Shown here piece after piece: positions 63,740 through 64,000 of a DNA stretch of 64,000 nt. This DNA comes from an uncultured virus (IMG/VR IMGVR_UViG_3300029305_009146) (taxonomy: Duplodnaviria; Heunggongvirae; Uroviricota; Caudoviricetes). Both the position numbers and the translations under genes were made by a program. The stretch lies in IMG/VR virus record IMGVR_UViG_3300029305_009146; one strand, written 5' to 3'. The stretch's first letter is position 1. Every line of letters begins with the position of its first letter. Below the pieces are notes generated by a model. It did no database searches, was not told the origin of the DNA, and worked only from the letters and a program-made list of their open reading frames with translations.

Positions 63740-64000
63740 TTATCGTTCCACGTCATTTTGTTCCCTGCGTTTCGCCTGCAATGTGGATAAAATATTATCC
63801 AAGTTATCAGAATTAAGTACATCTTTGTACTCTTCTTCAAAATCAACAAGCAGCTCCTTGGCTTCTTTTTCGCCTCTCATTATTTCTAAAAAGTAAGCTT
63901 GTAAATCCTCAAGAGCTGTCGCTTTTTCAATAAACTCTATCGCTTCCTTTGAAATGCAATCCCAAGAACCATACAGATTAATCGTGGCTTCTTTTATTTT
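63740..64000 (-). CDS. 3' part of a gene starting beyond the window
   Basis: Hand-translated end ...QAKRREQNDVER* followed by terminator. Confidence 0.7.
   Translation of the reverse strand, partial: KIKEATINLYGSWDCISKEAIEFIEKATALEDLQAYFLEIMRGEKEAKELLVDFEEEYKDVLNSDNLDNILSTLQAKRREQNDVER

Larger units (their letters stand above)
1..64000. mobile_element. Accessory region of a large mobile element (jumbo phage or conjugative megaplasmid), Firmicutes-type host
   Basis: ~128 co-oriented small hypothetical genes, phage/plasmid-type families, no housekeeping genes, shared non-host promoter motif; no boundaries visible. Confidence 0.8.

Noticed and set aside
1..64000. Visibly frequent CCGG/TCCGG
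   Set aside because: Plausibly explained by CCG (Pro) followed by G-starting codons; cannot show excess without a codon-aware count.
1..64000. Stop-codon reassignment as in some large gut phages
   Set aside because: TAA, TAG and TGA all end genes that abut the next SD or terminator; coding density is already high under code 11.

Overview
About 128 densely packed, mostly small and acidic genes, nearly all on the minus strand (only 3475-3756 and 58914-59399 are convincing plus-strand genes). The AAGGAGG ribosome-binding sites and the gene content point to the accessory region of a very large mobile element of a Firmicutes (Clostridia-like) host. The recognisable families are YopX, GIY-YIG, HNH, two DNA methyltransferases, PAPS-reductase-like, radical SAM, DUF551, DUF6927-like, SLOG/DUF1273, HEPN, ClpX-like ATPase, CPBP protease and VanX-like dipeptidase. 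No integrase, virion, replication or conjugation genes are visible, so jumbo phage versus conjugative megaplasmid cannot be decided from this window. Two window-wide signals stand out. (1) About half of the proteins, unrelated to each other, end in an acidic tail plus Glu-Arg (ER*, ERE/D*), encoded by variable synonymous codons and also found on operon-terminal genes, which suggests a shared C-terminal protein tag. An element-encoded ClpX-like ATPase with an intact IGF loop and altered, basic pore loops lies in the window and is one candidate reader; a translocation or packaging apparatus encoded outside the window is the other. (2) About 31 copies of the motif TTTCC(C)TTAAC(A) sit, in gene orientation, in front of nearly every operon and usually just after a terminator hairpin, which suggests an element-specific promoter in a terminator-promoter cassette. 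Only about 4 genes have canonical sigma-A promoters. GATC also appears strongly avoided. All counts and family calls were made by eye from motifs; no searches were run. Several starts were moved from the ORF track to the SD-supported codon.
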